Positions 51,101 through 63,700 of a stretch of DNA of 64,000 nt are shown here, piece after piece. The stretch lies in the NCBI GenBank assembly GCA_030704615.1, contig CM060731.1:558001-622000 (forward strand), in the 5' to 3' direction. How positions within the stretch are numbered: position 1 is the stretch's first letter; the number at the start of each line of letters is the position of its first letter. The notes beneath the pieces were generated by a model. The model did no database searches, had not been told where the DNA came from, and saw nothing but the letters and a program-made list of their open reading frames with translations. Origin of the DNA: Takakia lepidozioides. Taxonomy: Eukaryota > Plantae > Bryophyta. Both the position numbers and the translations under genes were made by a program.

Positions 51101-52631
51101 CACTACCCCACAGTTTTGTCTTGTTGCTTCGCCATTTCCACTTATCATCCACGACAAAAGTGTTCATTTCTACCACAGCTAGGGTGTTCATAGATAGTAG
51201 TGTCTCAGAATCAGAGCGCTATTCAAATAACAGTTGACCCTCATTTTCCAACTATTGAAAATTGACTCTATATTTCATTTGAATGAGCAGTTCTTTCTTG
51301 GTATTGCAATGTCAGCATCGTCTTTTCCTGTGTCACTCACTGTCTATTTTCGCGCCTCTCATCCATACAACCTATATACAATACAGTTCATCCGCAAACT
51401 CAACGCCCATCGACATTTCAAATAGTTCTGAATTACCCTGTAAACCTGTGCATCTTCTCCACCATTGCCTTCACGTCATCGCATATGCCCAAATCTCCCA
51501 CTGCAATGTTTTAGGTTTGTGGCTATGCTGCCTAGGATTTTTGCCTTGAAAAACATTGGTTGAGTTGCAATATTTATGAACTGGTGGCCCTATTTGTTCC
51601 TTTATCAAAGGCACGGTCATAGGTTTAATGTCGATAATGCTTCCGCGGTTATAGGCCCACCTGACGACTCAACTTATGTCAGACCGTGAGTAGAAAAATG
51701 CTTGAACGACTTCACAGGCTCACTTGAGTTGCTCACATTCTAGCATTCACGTTTGGTCGAGAGCCAGATTGTCCTACATCCATTCGCAGATACGTTCCTA
51801 CAGTCCTCAACCCTGATGATCCAGACGCGCAGAGTTGTTTAAGAAAGTCATGCCCATGGCTTTCGAGAACCTTGCAATTGCACAACATCGCAATACGTTG
51901 AGGTATGTCACTACATGTGGTGGGGGCTATCGTCCTAGGGTTCGGAGGTTTAACCTTGGTGACTATGTTTATCTACAGCAGACTGCTCCTTCGACCTTGG
52001 ATGTGACTGCATGACGTATTGTTTTGAGCGTTCGAGAGATGTTGCCCTCAGGAATCCTGATTTTGGAGGGTCGGGATGACGTGACTTGGAAGGACCGTGT
52101 GCGTAGTTGTACGTCATGTCACCTTCCCAACGTTGATGGCAGGATTGACCCAAATCTAATAATGGTACATGCATGTTTGCGGTGTATAATATGTGAATTT
52201 GCCAGAGGGGCAGCTACCATGTGAGTGTGTGATTGATGCTCAAGAGGTTGGCACATTGGATGCTTGAAGCCACCTCTTGAGATGGTTCCTAATGAGAATT
52301 GGTTATATCTACGCTGCATTTGATAGTGGTGATGGATACAACCATGGTGGCTAGGACCACCGATCTACGCAGTAGTTCTTTTCTTGTAAATGATGTAATT
52401 ACTCCAAGTTCACGGATTGTAAGAAGACGACTAACGATGGGGCTACTTTTGTACCCGGCCTCTTGATCTATCGAATTTTAGTACAATAAGGATAGTAGTA
52501 GAGGACCTAACGATGTTGTGGCTATCATTACATCTTGTAGCTATCTGGAGTTAGAGGGACCTAACCACCAGCTAGGGGCGCGATTGTGGCAGATTAATTT
52601 GTTGTTTACATATGTGTTGTGTGGTTTGGAT

Positions 52632-53689
52632 CAGTGTTGTGCGGGTATATTGATTTCAATATACCCTTAGGGTATAAGTAAATGATTTTTGTCCAATCAT
52701 TTACCCTCCGGGTATGGATAAATTAACTTAAGATTTCTATATAACCCCCGGGTATGGATATATATGCCAAAAATATACCCTGAGGGTATGAATAGTTTCC
52801 GGGTATGGATAGTTATTTCAATTAATATATAATTTAATGGTTTTAAAGAATACATGATGTTCTTCAATATGTACAAAACACAAAAAAAACAATCTAGGGT
52901 AAAAGAGAAAATTGATAAGATATTGCATAATATTTTGGTGTTAATTTCCAATGCAAGATGGAGGAGGTTTGAGATTAAAAAAAAATCACATCGGCTGGTA
53001 GCTCAGCTGGAAGTGCATAGTGTGTGGCGATATGGTGGTTCGGGGTTTGAACCCGCTACCTTGCCCCGTGTGTGGGATTGTTCGTGACGGTACGTCTGGG
53101 CGTTGATCGTCCTATAGGTCTCATGGTCCATAAATGAAAGGGGGTTAATCTTTCCCGCTCCTCAAGGGCCTGAATTGTGGGCTGTCGCTCCCAGGTTTCC
53201 TGCGGTGTAAAATTTAAAAATTAAAAAAAAAAAAAAAAAAAAAAAACCCCTTCAAGGACCTAAATTGTGGGCAGGTTTCCTTATATATATATGTGCGAGA
53301 TTTGAAGAGGTTATATGATATTTTAGGAATGATATATATGTAGCATTTGTTTTAGTTGTGATTGGAGCTTTCTTATAGCTCAAGGCGTCCTAACAACACA
53401 ACAAAAAGAGAAAAGACCTAGCACACAAAGGCTATGAAGGCACGTAAAGGCCCTTATATACCCTGATTAGATTTACTCTTCATTTTAACATATCCCCTTC
53501 AGAAAAGTAGGGTATGTTGAGCGTCTTGATGCAGGGTAAATATAAGGATAAGGGTATATCATAAAAATATACCCTGATAGAAGGGTATACATCCGGGTAC
53601 CTAAACTTGCTACACCAGGGCATATATATAATATACCCTGATATACCCGTCGGGTATATCGGGGTAATTTATATACCCGCCCAACACTG
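52632..53689. mobile_element. hAT-like MITE with atataccc/gggtatat subterminal repeats
   Basis: TIRs cagtgttgtgcgggtata / tatacccgcccaacactg; degenerate flanks gtttggat / gttggaca. Confidence 0.75.
52993..53246 (+). mobile_element. tRNA-derived SINE nested in the hAT-like MITE
   Basis: A box tagctcagctgg, B box ggtttgaaccc, 24-nt poly(A) tail. Confidence 0.7.
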
Positions 53690-54859
53690 GTTGGACAACA
53701 ATGTAGTTGTGTCGCGATACAGATACGCACAACAGCTGTCAAGTTCAATTAATTATAGTGTGAAACTAACTGAAATATATCTGATTATTTGTATTTAATA
53801 TTTGTAATTACTTCAAGTGTTAAGTCAAGTGTCAAGTTTATCTTGACACCTGAAACGTCTTATCCTCACAGAGTGTGTGAATGTACTTGTGGAGGGAGAG
53901 TAGATGTTCTGGGGTGGAGTCCCGATCAGGGTTTTTTTTTTCATTTTGGCTAAGAAGCGTAGATGGGTACAAAATTTGAAGGCTAAGTGCAAAGGTGGCG
54001 ATGACATAGATGCTTAGCTAAAAATCAACTGGCTACAGGCTATTTCATTTGCATGCAATATGGCGATTTGAGCCCACTCACAATCTGAAATCTAAAATAA
54101 TTAATCAAAGAAGTCCAAAGATGGCCAGCAAAAACCATAGCCTCAATTTCAAATAGCAAAGGTCCAGGTCGTGCTCCATGGCGAGATCTCCACCGTTGAT
54201 CGCGCAATGGGGCGACAGCCGCTAGATGTAGGGCTGTGGGGAACGTGTATTTCCGGCGCAACACGCATGTTCCCTTGCAGCTTTCTAGCACCAGCCCGTG
54301 CGCACGCCCCTATTTTCTGGCGCATTTTTTGTTTTTTTTCCCAGGATTTTACATAGGGTTGTCGCAGCCCTTTGTTTTTTATCGCTTTTAGGCTCCATTT
54401 CGCCTAAAAAAGAAGCGCTGGTCCCCATAGCTTGGGGTGCCCCATGCTTGACTACCTATTGAGTGATTGAGTTTATGTTTTATGTATCATGTAACAGTGA
54501 CTTTTAATAGTTTAGAAATCTATTGTGGCATACTAGTTTGTTGTTTGCATATGTGTTGTATGGCTTGGAAAACGATATAGTTGTGTAGTGATACGGATAC
54601 GCACAACCGCTGACGTGCCAGTGTTTCGGAATCAAGCATGAACATTTAGCTCCATATTGACAATAAAATGGGATGGTCAAAAGACTGATTCGTTCACTCA
54701 AAGAGTGCATGATCACGATGAGTTCACGGAGAAAAATGAATGGGACATAGATCTTTATAAAGCAGCATTTGGCTATAGAGTGGGGATACAGCTTCTTGTT
54801 TTCGTTCAAGGTACTAATAGGAAGGTCAATGCGGTTGGGAGTGGCACTACAACAGATGA

Positions 54860-55560
54860 GCGTTTTTATGACTTCACATATGACTATTTTTTCAGTCTTA
54901 TATGCGTTCATGACTACATCACTCTGTAGTGAAAAAAACCCTGTCATAGCGACTAGTCTATAGGACTGCGTTTTGCAAGTCATATCCATGACTGCTTGCG
55001 TGGCACCTGGAGTCCTGCTGCAGAGAGGGTTGCAGTCACAACTATATGACTAATATATGACTACATTGTCTGTTGAGCGCTGCCTACATGGAGAGGCTTC
55101 AGCGGGACATGTGCGCCACTGCGCAAGCGACACGTCATGCATTCGTCAGGGGATCATATGACTATATGTCTGCAAAGTGATGCCTACATGGAGAGGCGAC
55201 GGATGGACACGTGCGCCACTGCGAATTTGACATGTCACGACTTCTTGCCATGATCATATGACTACATGTCTGCACAGTGATGCCTACATGGAGAGGCGCT
55301 AGCGAGACACGTGTGCTATGGCAGATTTCACACGTGGTGACTACATGACTCGCTCATATGACTACAGGGATGTCTACATGGAGAGATATTAGCGGGACAC
55401 CTGTTGCACTTGAGATGTGACATGTGACACACAGACAAAATATATGACTAGCATATATGACTACGGATCTTTACACGTGGTGAAAATATGGATAAAGAAT
55501 GTCGTGTCATATACTGCCACGTGTTCTGGTTTGAGCAAGAGTGATGCCACGTGTCATCAA
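54860..55560. repeat. CACTA subterminal repeats (ATGACTA motifs; tgcctacatggagagg..cacgtg units of ~95 bp)
   Basis: About four ~95-100-bp units at 55050-55470 and more than ten atgact(a) motifs. Confidence 0.85.
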
Positions 55561-56017
55561 GATTGTTTTCCGAAATAGTTTATATTTTTAATGTTCATAT
55601 TTTAATTTTTAGTTTTCATTTAATATTTAAAAGAACAGGGAGATTGCAGCCTTGGATTTTTTTTAATGGTATTTTTTTAATATTATTATTTAAAATGAAA
55701 GTGAATTAAATGATTTAAAATCTTCATTACATGGTGAAATTCCAACATGAAAACAGAATGGATCCCTCCTGCATACTATCAACCACAAGGAGAATGAAAA
55801 TAGTCAACTACAAGGCAATACAAGCCCTATAAATCACATTACAAAAATCCAAATGAGACCAATATCCCAATGGACACCTCAAAAGCCACAAGGTCAAAAA
55901 ATCCATGCCTCAAAAGGCCAGCCAAAAACAAGCAAGCCCACACATGGGCTGAATTGTTGTAGCTAGTATGTTCTAGTGCTATTAGAATCAAGAACTCTGT
56001 TAAACAGTGCAATACTG

Positions 56018-59000
56018 ACTATCCCTTCCGCAGCTCCATAAGTTTCAGTAACTTTAGACTCCAAAGTGTTGTCTGGCCAACCACCTACCCCAACTCGGTC
56101 TGTTTCCTAACACCATTCACATATGGTAGAGGGGTGTTACTGACACATGCCTCTTTGATGTACACACAGGCATAATCAAGGGGCACAGCAGGGTACCCGT
56201 AACCCACCACAGCACCTTGAAGAGCAACAATCAGCCCTACTCCACATTTCTTGCGTTTGGAGTTCACATCCAACAGCCGAACCTCGTCACCCACCCTGAA
56301 CTGTGATCCCAACTCCACACAAAAAAGAACACGATGTGAAAACCCATGACATACACACGACTAGGACACTCAACATTTGTGAGTTAAAGAGAGCCCCAAG
56401 GTTGGAAAAAATATAACAGACAAGACAACGGCCTGGACTTACTCCATTTGCAGTCTCCAGTGGTGGTGAGACCTCTTTTGGGGGGCTACTCGCCGGGTCG
56501 ACACTCTTGCCCCTCGTCTGTACCGGCTTGTCGACAATATCACCTTTGTTTGTCACAAGTTCCTGTGTCACAGACCAGAGATCAACCAGGAAAGCAATGA
56601 GCAAACAGGAATAGTGAATAGAAACAAAATCCAAGTATGAATCAAACAAAAAAAGCCAACATGAAAAGCTGCAAAAAAAACCTAGCATTAATCAAGCAAC
56701 CGAGGAGAAGCATCCAGGAAAGCAATGCAATGAATGAACCCACAAAAATGTAGCCTCTGGAGCACTGTCAGAATGTTTGTACCTTCACAGTAGCAGTGTT
56801 GTATGGTTGTTGTCCGAAAACAGGCTGAAGACTCCAAAAACTTGGGAATACTGGCAGCTTTCGATGCCTTCCACAAGAAAGGCCACAACACCTCTGTTAG
56901 ATACTCATCAGTTGGTGAATCTGGTTGCACCTTCCATGGCTCTGGAAAAATCCCACTGAAGGGAGGATTGTTTGCCGCCTTTCTTGGTGTGTCGTCAACA
57001 AGAACAGTGTCCTCATAAGTCCATTCTGGCCAGTCTGCCCACACTGTAGACAAGTTCTTGAAATATAATGGCTTTGAATCAGACCCCTTACGGCATGGGA
57101 GGACTGGATCCTCGTCACAGTGAAGGGCATCCCACTGGAAAACCAGGTTAGTGTGGGCTGCAAAAATATAGTCCACCATTGGGAAGAAGTTGCGAGCTTG
57201 GCAACAAGACCACACCGCCACCTCAAAGTGTTCAAAACACTTTTGCAAAAAGTCATAACAGCGTGGTCTCAAAACTACCATCTTCTTGCCACACATCTTC
57301 CCCACAAAACCTTTGGGAAGGGATGCAGGCCCATTAGCAGAATGAAAAGATTCACATAACAGACCATTTAAGTCCAGAATTAGTAAATGCTTCCTCGTTG
57401 GTCCAGGAAGTAAACTGACATTTGGCTTCAACATGTGAGCAGGAGAAATTAAAGCAACCTGCTTGTTTGTTTTGTCCCCGTCTGCATCTTCCTCCCCATC
57501 TAAACTCCCACATACCTGCATACCAGAATCCGGTGTGCCCGGCGGCTCTGTCACCATTGCCCCCTGGACTGCTACTGCCTTTGTACGTGGCAAGGGCTGA
57601 ATTTCCACGTGTACCTCACAGCTGGCCTTCCCTGTATCCTGCTGCTGCTCGGTCAAATTCAAAAGATCATCAGTGACAGGAAGACATAAGGGCTTAGAGT
57701 GAGCACCAGTTACCGTCTGAAATTGGGATTCCAAACATTTTGATACTGTCACAGCAGACGTATCCATCGTAGATGTCACTGGTCCTGCGCCTGGTAGATT
57801 AATCCCCAATCTGGTCACAATGGCTTTCTGGTACTCAATCATACTCTGCATCTGTAATTTTAATTCTGCCATGTCACGTCCTTGTGATTCCACCAGTTTG
57901 TCCAAGCCATCCATCCTGCCAACTACTGTAGAATATGCGAGACTTCCCTCCTGCCAATCCATGAAAACTTGCCCAAGTATGAATCAAACCAAAAAAACCT
58001 AGCATGAACAACCATTGGAAAGAAAACCCAGGCCAAAAGCCGTGAAAAAAACCCTAGCAACCTATGATGCAGCAACCACTCTAGCAAACGTGGAAAACAC
58101 ACTTACCCGCCTGTCACTCCCAGCTGACAACCGTGACACTGAACCCTCTTGAATTTCATATAATGTAGGAGGGCACCCTGATAGTGTTTCCTACAAATTA
58201 ATCCATGCCACAAACAAACCCATGCCACAAGTCAGTAAGCAATGTGAGGGCTGACTATATACACATAGCAATTCAATGAGGAACAAAATACAGAGTCGTG
58301 ATGATGCCACTTACCAAGCGTGCTTCCACCATTGCCTTCCCACCACGGCCAGTCTTGGTAGGATTCAGAATTGCACCATTTGCCTTCTTCATGTTGCCCG
58401 ACACTTTGTGGAACACCTCTGTCTGCCAGTAACTTACAAGCTTGTTCCATACCTCGTCAGATACAGTAATGGGTTTCCCCTTACCACCCAACCACGCAGT
58501 GTGTGCTTCATAACGCTGGCTCTTCATTATTCTGCCAATTGTTTGTTTTAGGTGGAAGTCTTTTAACTCGTGCGGCGTATATGAAAATAGCTTAGCCAGG
58601 TGATCTCTGATTTCGTATACAACTTCATCAGGTTGGTTGTTGATGGCAAGGGAACAATCTAGCTTGCGATAAGCCTGTCCTTTAAGGGCAGCGTGCCATA
58701 CATTCCGGGTCTGACCATACGGGGCTCCTTTGAGGTTCGTCAAAATCACCGTGGGAGGAAGACCTGCAGCTATTCTCTCTTCCTTGACCTTGGCAGCTTC
58801 AATTTTGGCTGAGCTATTAGCCCTCCTTAAAGCATTGGTTCTATCATTCTTTGAAACGGCACCCTCCCCTCCTTCAGAGACCTCCGTGCGCTCAGGAGAA
58901 TTCAAAGCAGGATCCTGCCAAGTAGGGACTGGTGGCCATGGTTGTTGGCCAGAAGGCCGAGGACCATACTGGCCATACTGTCCATAAGCAGGAGGATATT

Positions 59001-60150
59001 CCGGTGGCCTGCCACCCCCATAGCTATTAGGGGGTGGCAAATATGGTGGAGGAGGATACTGGCCATACTGCCCATATGGAGGAGCACCATATTGACCCTG
59101 ACCATACTGAGTGCCAGACTGTGGGTACTGAGGCATACCATAATAAGGTGGGGGTACTGGTGGCACAGAACCCACAACGTTGGGAGAGTTAGGGCCACCT
59201 CCTGCGTTCTTGTGGGCGCCATCTCCATTGCTAGCAGCAGGGATCGTGGATCCAGTGCGCTTGTGCTTGCCCTGAAAAGAAATTCCCCCAGTACAATGTG
59301 GGTGATTACACATACATATAGGCAGCAAGCAGCAAATCCTTGAATTCAGGCAAAACAAACTGGAAGCACATATCATTTGTAAAGACAAGATTACCCAAAA
59401 CTCAGTATGATCTTGGGCAGTAAATCTCCCAAATTTGATTGGCCCCAATGATGTCCTCCCAGTACATTTTTGAGCCCTCTTAGGTATGGGGTGTTCCTGA
59501 AATCCATAGCAAGAATTCAAATGGACAAACCTGATGGGTCCATGAGAAGTATCCCTCCAAGTTTTACTGATATTCTGGGTGCATAAGTAACCCAAGTATC
59601 TCTATAAGTAGCCATTGTAGCTTAGTACCAGGACGTTGGTTTCATGGGGCAAAGAATTTGAACACACCTGAAGTCTACATTGGCCTGACATCATGCCTTT
59701 GGCACTTCAACTTGTCTAGTGGAAATCATTTGTGATTGTGCCTTGGCTGACCCCTGCATTGTCCAACTTCCCTGTCTTGACAGACATACCCTATCTCTTC
59801 GTGATTTTACCAAAAACATACATAATTAGAATCATGGTCATTGTGAAGAACTATAACTCACAGACGGAGAAGGTGTTCGTAGTGTAGATGATGGGCGTTT
59901 TTGTCCTGCGACATGAGCATGGGCATGTTCTCCTCGGCTTGCCGTGGCATCCGCCGACGACGCACTCGCCTCGCACTGGCGTGGGAGGAGTGGATCGTCC
60001 TCATCGTCCTCAGAAGAGCCCTCATGCAGAATCGTAGTCTTCATCGTCTTCAGTCTGGCACTTTGCCTTGCAGGACCTTGATCCCTACCTTTTTCCTTCG
60101 GAGCGCGTGGCTTGCGAGGGCGATTCGCTCCCGCAAGCCTGCACAAACAC
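56018..60150 (-). CDS. CACTA second gene: PYGQ-rich region + Ptta/TnpA-like domain + coiled coil + FCP1/NIF-like HAD domain + Tnp1/DUF8039-like C-terminus; probable frameshift ~56818 and stop at 56085
   Basis: Inferred exons ~60140-59861, 59272-58317, 58192-58107, 57951-56783, 56562-56443, 56300-56018. Motifs: VWNKLVSYW..K..SGNMKKAN..GRGG; LLILDLNGLL, LRP..DFLQKCFEHFEVAVWS, VLVDDTPRKA..NPPFSGIFP; VRLLD..GVG..VPLDYACVYI..TPLPY..LG*VVGQTTLW. Confidence 0.75.
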
Positions 60151-60702
60151 CTCCATGACCTCCCTCTCAAACAATCACAAACAAATGTAAGCATACATAC
60201 CCTAATACTCTTAAGCCTACGCTGAACCACAGCCGCACCCTACCCCCACGAATGACGGCGGACATCTCCCGCCTAATGACACACCCTCCTCAAACCTAAT
60301 CGTCACTCACTGCATGTTGTTTGCCTCTCTGTTTGTACAAGTCGCAGCTACTCGCCCCCATTTGTGCTATGAAGCTTATGATCGCTGTAGGAAGGTTAGA
60401 GGATAAGGCAAATCGCAAGTTTAGTGGGTGGGTATCCAAAGTCAGGAACTAAACTCACCCATCTATCGACTGCTTGAACGTTGCTTCCACCTCCTTTATG
60501 GCAGCAATCCGGCGCTCTCGGAACTTCTCGTACTCAGTGAGAGGGACTGTCACTTCGAAGACCTTCCGCTTCACCATGGACACTCAGAAACGATACTTAT
60601 AGTATACTATAGATATAGAAATAGCACATTGGCAGCTGGTGCAAAACTAGAGACAATGCACTGTGCGTAGCATGCAAAGAGGGAAGGGGTGACGTTCAAA
60701 GC

Positions 60703-63700
60703 ATGTACAGTGCAGGTGGCGAACGGATGCGTAGGCGTAGAATAGATGACCGTCTATGGCGAATGGAAGAAGCTTATGCCACAAGGAATGGGCATACAAA
60801 AATGCTATGCAACTGCGATGAGTGTCATGGAGGAAAAGTACTCTTGTTGGAAACAGTGAGGAATCATTACATGATACACGGGAGGGATCCTCTTCTCCAA
60901 CGCTGTTCTCTTCCGGTAAGATCGCCACTTTCCCTTCAGCACTTTAGTTTGAATTTTGAATGCAACGATCCTCTTCTCCACATGTCGACATTTCGTTGGG
61001 TGATTGTAGTCAAGAAGTCATAAGATACAGACGTGAGTATGACTACGCCACTTCCGTTATCACTTTAATTAATGCACATGTCGTGTTTTCATTGGTCATG
61101 TGTAGTCATGTAGTCATATATGACTAAGTAAGTGACTGCAACTATGACTTCAATGGTTACAAATGTCGTGTTTTGATTGGGTGTATATTCATAAGATACA
61201 TACGTAAATATGACTGCATCACTGCAACGTCACCGTGCCTCCTATGTCATAATATGAACAAGTGTCACATCGTTGTTGGTCCACTCACAAGATGACTATT
61301 GGGATGCAGGGATGTGAATATTCAGATGATGAAGACGAAGGCCCTGCGGCACAGCGGGAGCCCAATGTCACAGAGAACGCAGATGAGAGTGGTGGATTGG
61401 AGGTAGAAATGCAGCGTGCATTGCAGGAAGCGTTTCTCTTTGCAGATGCAAACAGAGAGGACCCCATTCATGGTGGAACCGATCACACATTTGCCGATCA
61501 TGACGATGATCTCGACGATTCGGGAGACAATGAATTTGATGAGAATGCTCACCTGCACGTTGATCCCGAGTATGATAAACTCTTCCGAGCGTCGCAATGT
61601 CCACTTTTTGAAGGGTGCTCCATCAGCCGGCTGCAAGCAACTTTGACGTTGCTGAACGCATGCACTACCCACAAGTGCACCAATGCATTTGTGGATGAGC
61701 TTCTGGGATTGTTGCGTAAGAGTTTTTTGCCTAAAGAGAATTCATTGCCGAAAACTCACTATGAAGCAAAAACCATGATTGCCAAGATGGGATTGCAGTA
61801 CACGATGATTCATGCCTGTGAGCGTGGTTGTGTACTCTTCCGTGGGGAGTATGAGAATGTAGACATTTGCCCAGTGTGCCGCAGTTCCCGTTACATTCCA
61901 GGTCGTGGAAGTGTGCCCAAGAAAGTATTGCGACACTTCCCTGTCATTCCAAGGTTGAAACGTATGTACCGATGTAAATCGATCGCTAACCTCATGACAT
62001 GGCACGACAGACATAAGAGCCAGGATGGGTTGGTTCGACATCCAGCTGATAGCAAAGCATGGAGACACATTGACACCACATTTGCGGATTTTGCTGCAGA
62101 GCCACGATCTCTGCGATTTGGATTGGCCTTAGACGGTGTAAATCCCTACGGAGCTCAATCCACAAGTTGGAGCACATGGCCCGTTCTCTTGGTCAATTAC
62201 AATCTGCCTCCGTGGTTAATGACCAAAAAGTTCTTTGTCATGTTAGCGCTACTGATTCCTGGTAAGGAGTCTGTTACCTCGGACAACGTAGATGTTTACC
62301 TGATGCCCCTAGTGGAAGAGCTATTGGAACTATGGAGAGGGATTGCAGCTCATGATGTTTCCCGTCCTCGTGGTCAACGCGAATTCACACTGAGGGCAGT
62401 GTTGATGTGGTCAATCCATGACTACCCTGCATATGGCTTGCTCTCAGGTCAAGTGACGAAAGGTTATGCTGGTTGTCCAGCTTGTGGACCCGGGGTGACT
62501 TCACAGCAGTTACACACATGTGGAAAAATTGTTTTCCTAGGCCACCGAAGATTTTTGGCCCGCAATCATCCATATAGAAGGTCAAGAATGTTCAATGGCG
62601 CTACTGAGCATGGAACTCCTCCAAAAACGCAGACTGGAACACAAATCAAGGACCTTGCAACAGCTCGCACTGCATGGGTGGAAAACGGAGGGACGCCAGA
62701 TAGCAGGACAGACCCAGCAAAAACTCATGGAGTTAAGCGATTGTCAATTTTATATGTCTTACCTTATTGGGAGGTAATTCCTTCATGGCCTTTAAATTGG
62801 CTGTGTACATTTTTGCATTTTCTGTTTAAATTGTGATGAGTAAATGCTCAATTGCTTATGTGTTCATTTTGTAGGGTCTCCTCAACTGCCACACGTTTGA
62901 CGCAATGCATTGCGAGAAGAACTTGGCTGAAAATATTATTAAAACTATCTTTGGTGAGAAAGACACATTGAAAGTTCGCTGTGATTTGGAGCTACTTGGG
63001 ATGCGCCCGGAATTGTGGCTACAACGTGATCCTGACAGAGCAGATACGTTAATTATGCCTCCTGCCCCTTATGTCCTCACTGAGGCTGAGTTACAAGTCT
63101 TTCTGGAGATTGTGCAGAACTTGAAAGTGCCAACAGGCTACGTATCAGCTTTCAAAAAGCATGTGGTGAAGAAGAAGTTGTCAGGCATGAAATCACATGA
63201 CTATCATGTGCTCATGCAGCAAATTATACCGCTTGCTATCCGTGGGCTCATGCCAAGTGGTCCTCGAAGGGCCATTTTGCGAGTATGTCGTGTATTTAAG
63301 AAGTTGTGTGCAAAAGTGGTGAATCCTATAGAGTATGAGGAATTGAGAACTGAAGCAGTTCTCACTCTGTGTCTTATAGAGAAGGAGTTCCCACCATCAT
63401 TTTTTGATGTGATGACACATCTGGTTGTTCACCTAGTGGATGAGTTGTACCTATGCGGGCCCGTAGCATCTCGTTGGATGTACCCCATGGAGCGGGCAAT
63501 GAAAGATATGAAGGGCTACGTAAGAAACATGGCAAGGCCCGAGGGGAGCATGGCAGAAGGATACCAATTTGAAGAAGCATTGGGTTTTTGCACAGAGTAT
63601 ATGGCAGGATTTGATGGAAGTGTACGAAGGGTGTGGGATGCAGATGAGGCAGAATCTGTGGAACGTGAAGTTGTGGAAGGAAGTTCTAAAGCCCGAAAAT

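Noticed and set aside
52993-53056. tRNA gene
   Set aside because: It has A/B boxes but no convincing cloverleaf, and it continues into a body with poly(A), so a SINE fits better.
54568-54590. Right end of another CACTA (..gttgtgtagtg)
   Set aside because: I found no matching left TIR or TSD, and the match is too short.
55050-55470. CRISPR-like repeat-spacer array
   Set aside because: The intervening sequences are similar to each other, the context is eukaryotic, and they are CACTA subterminal repeats.
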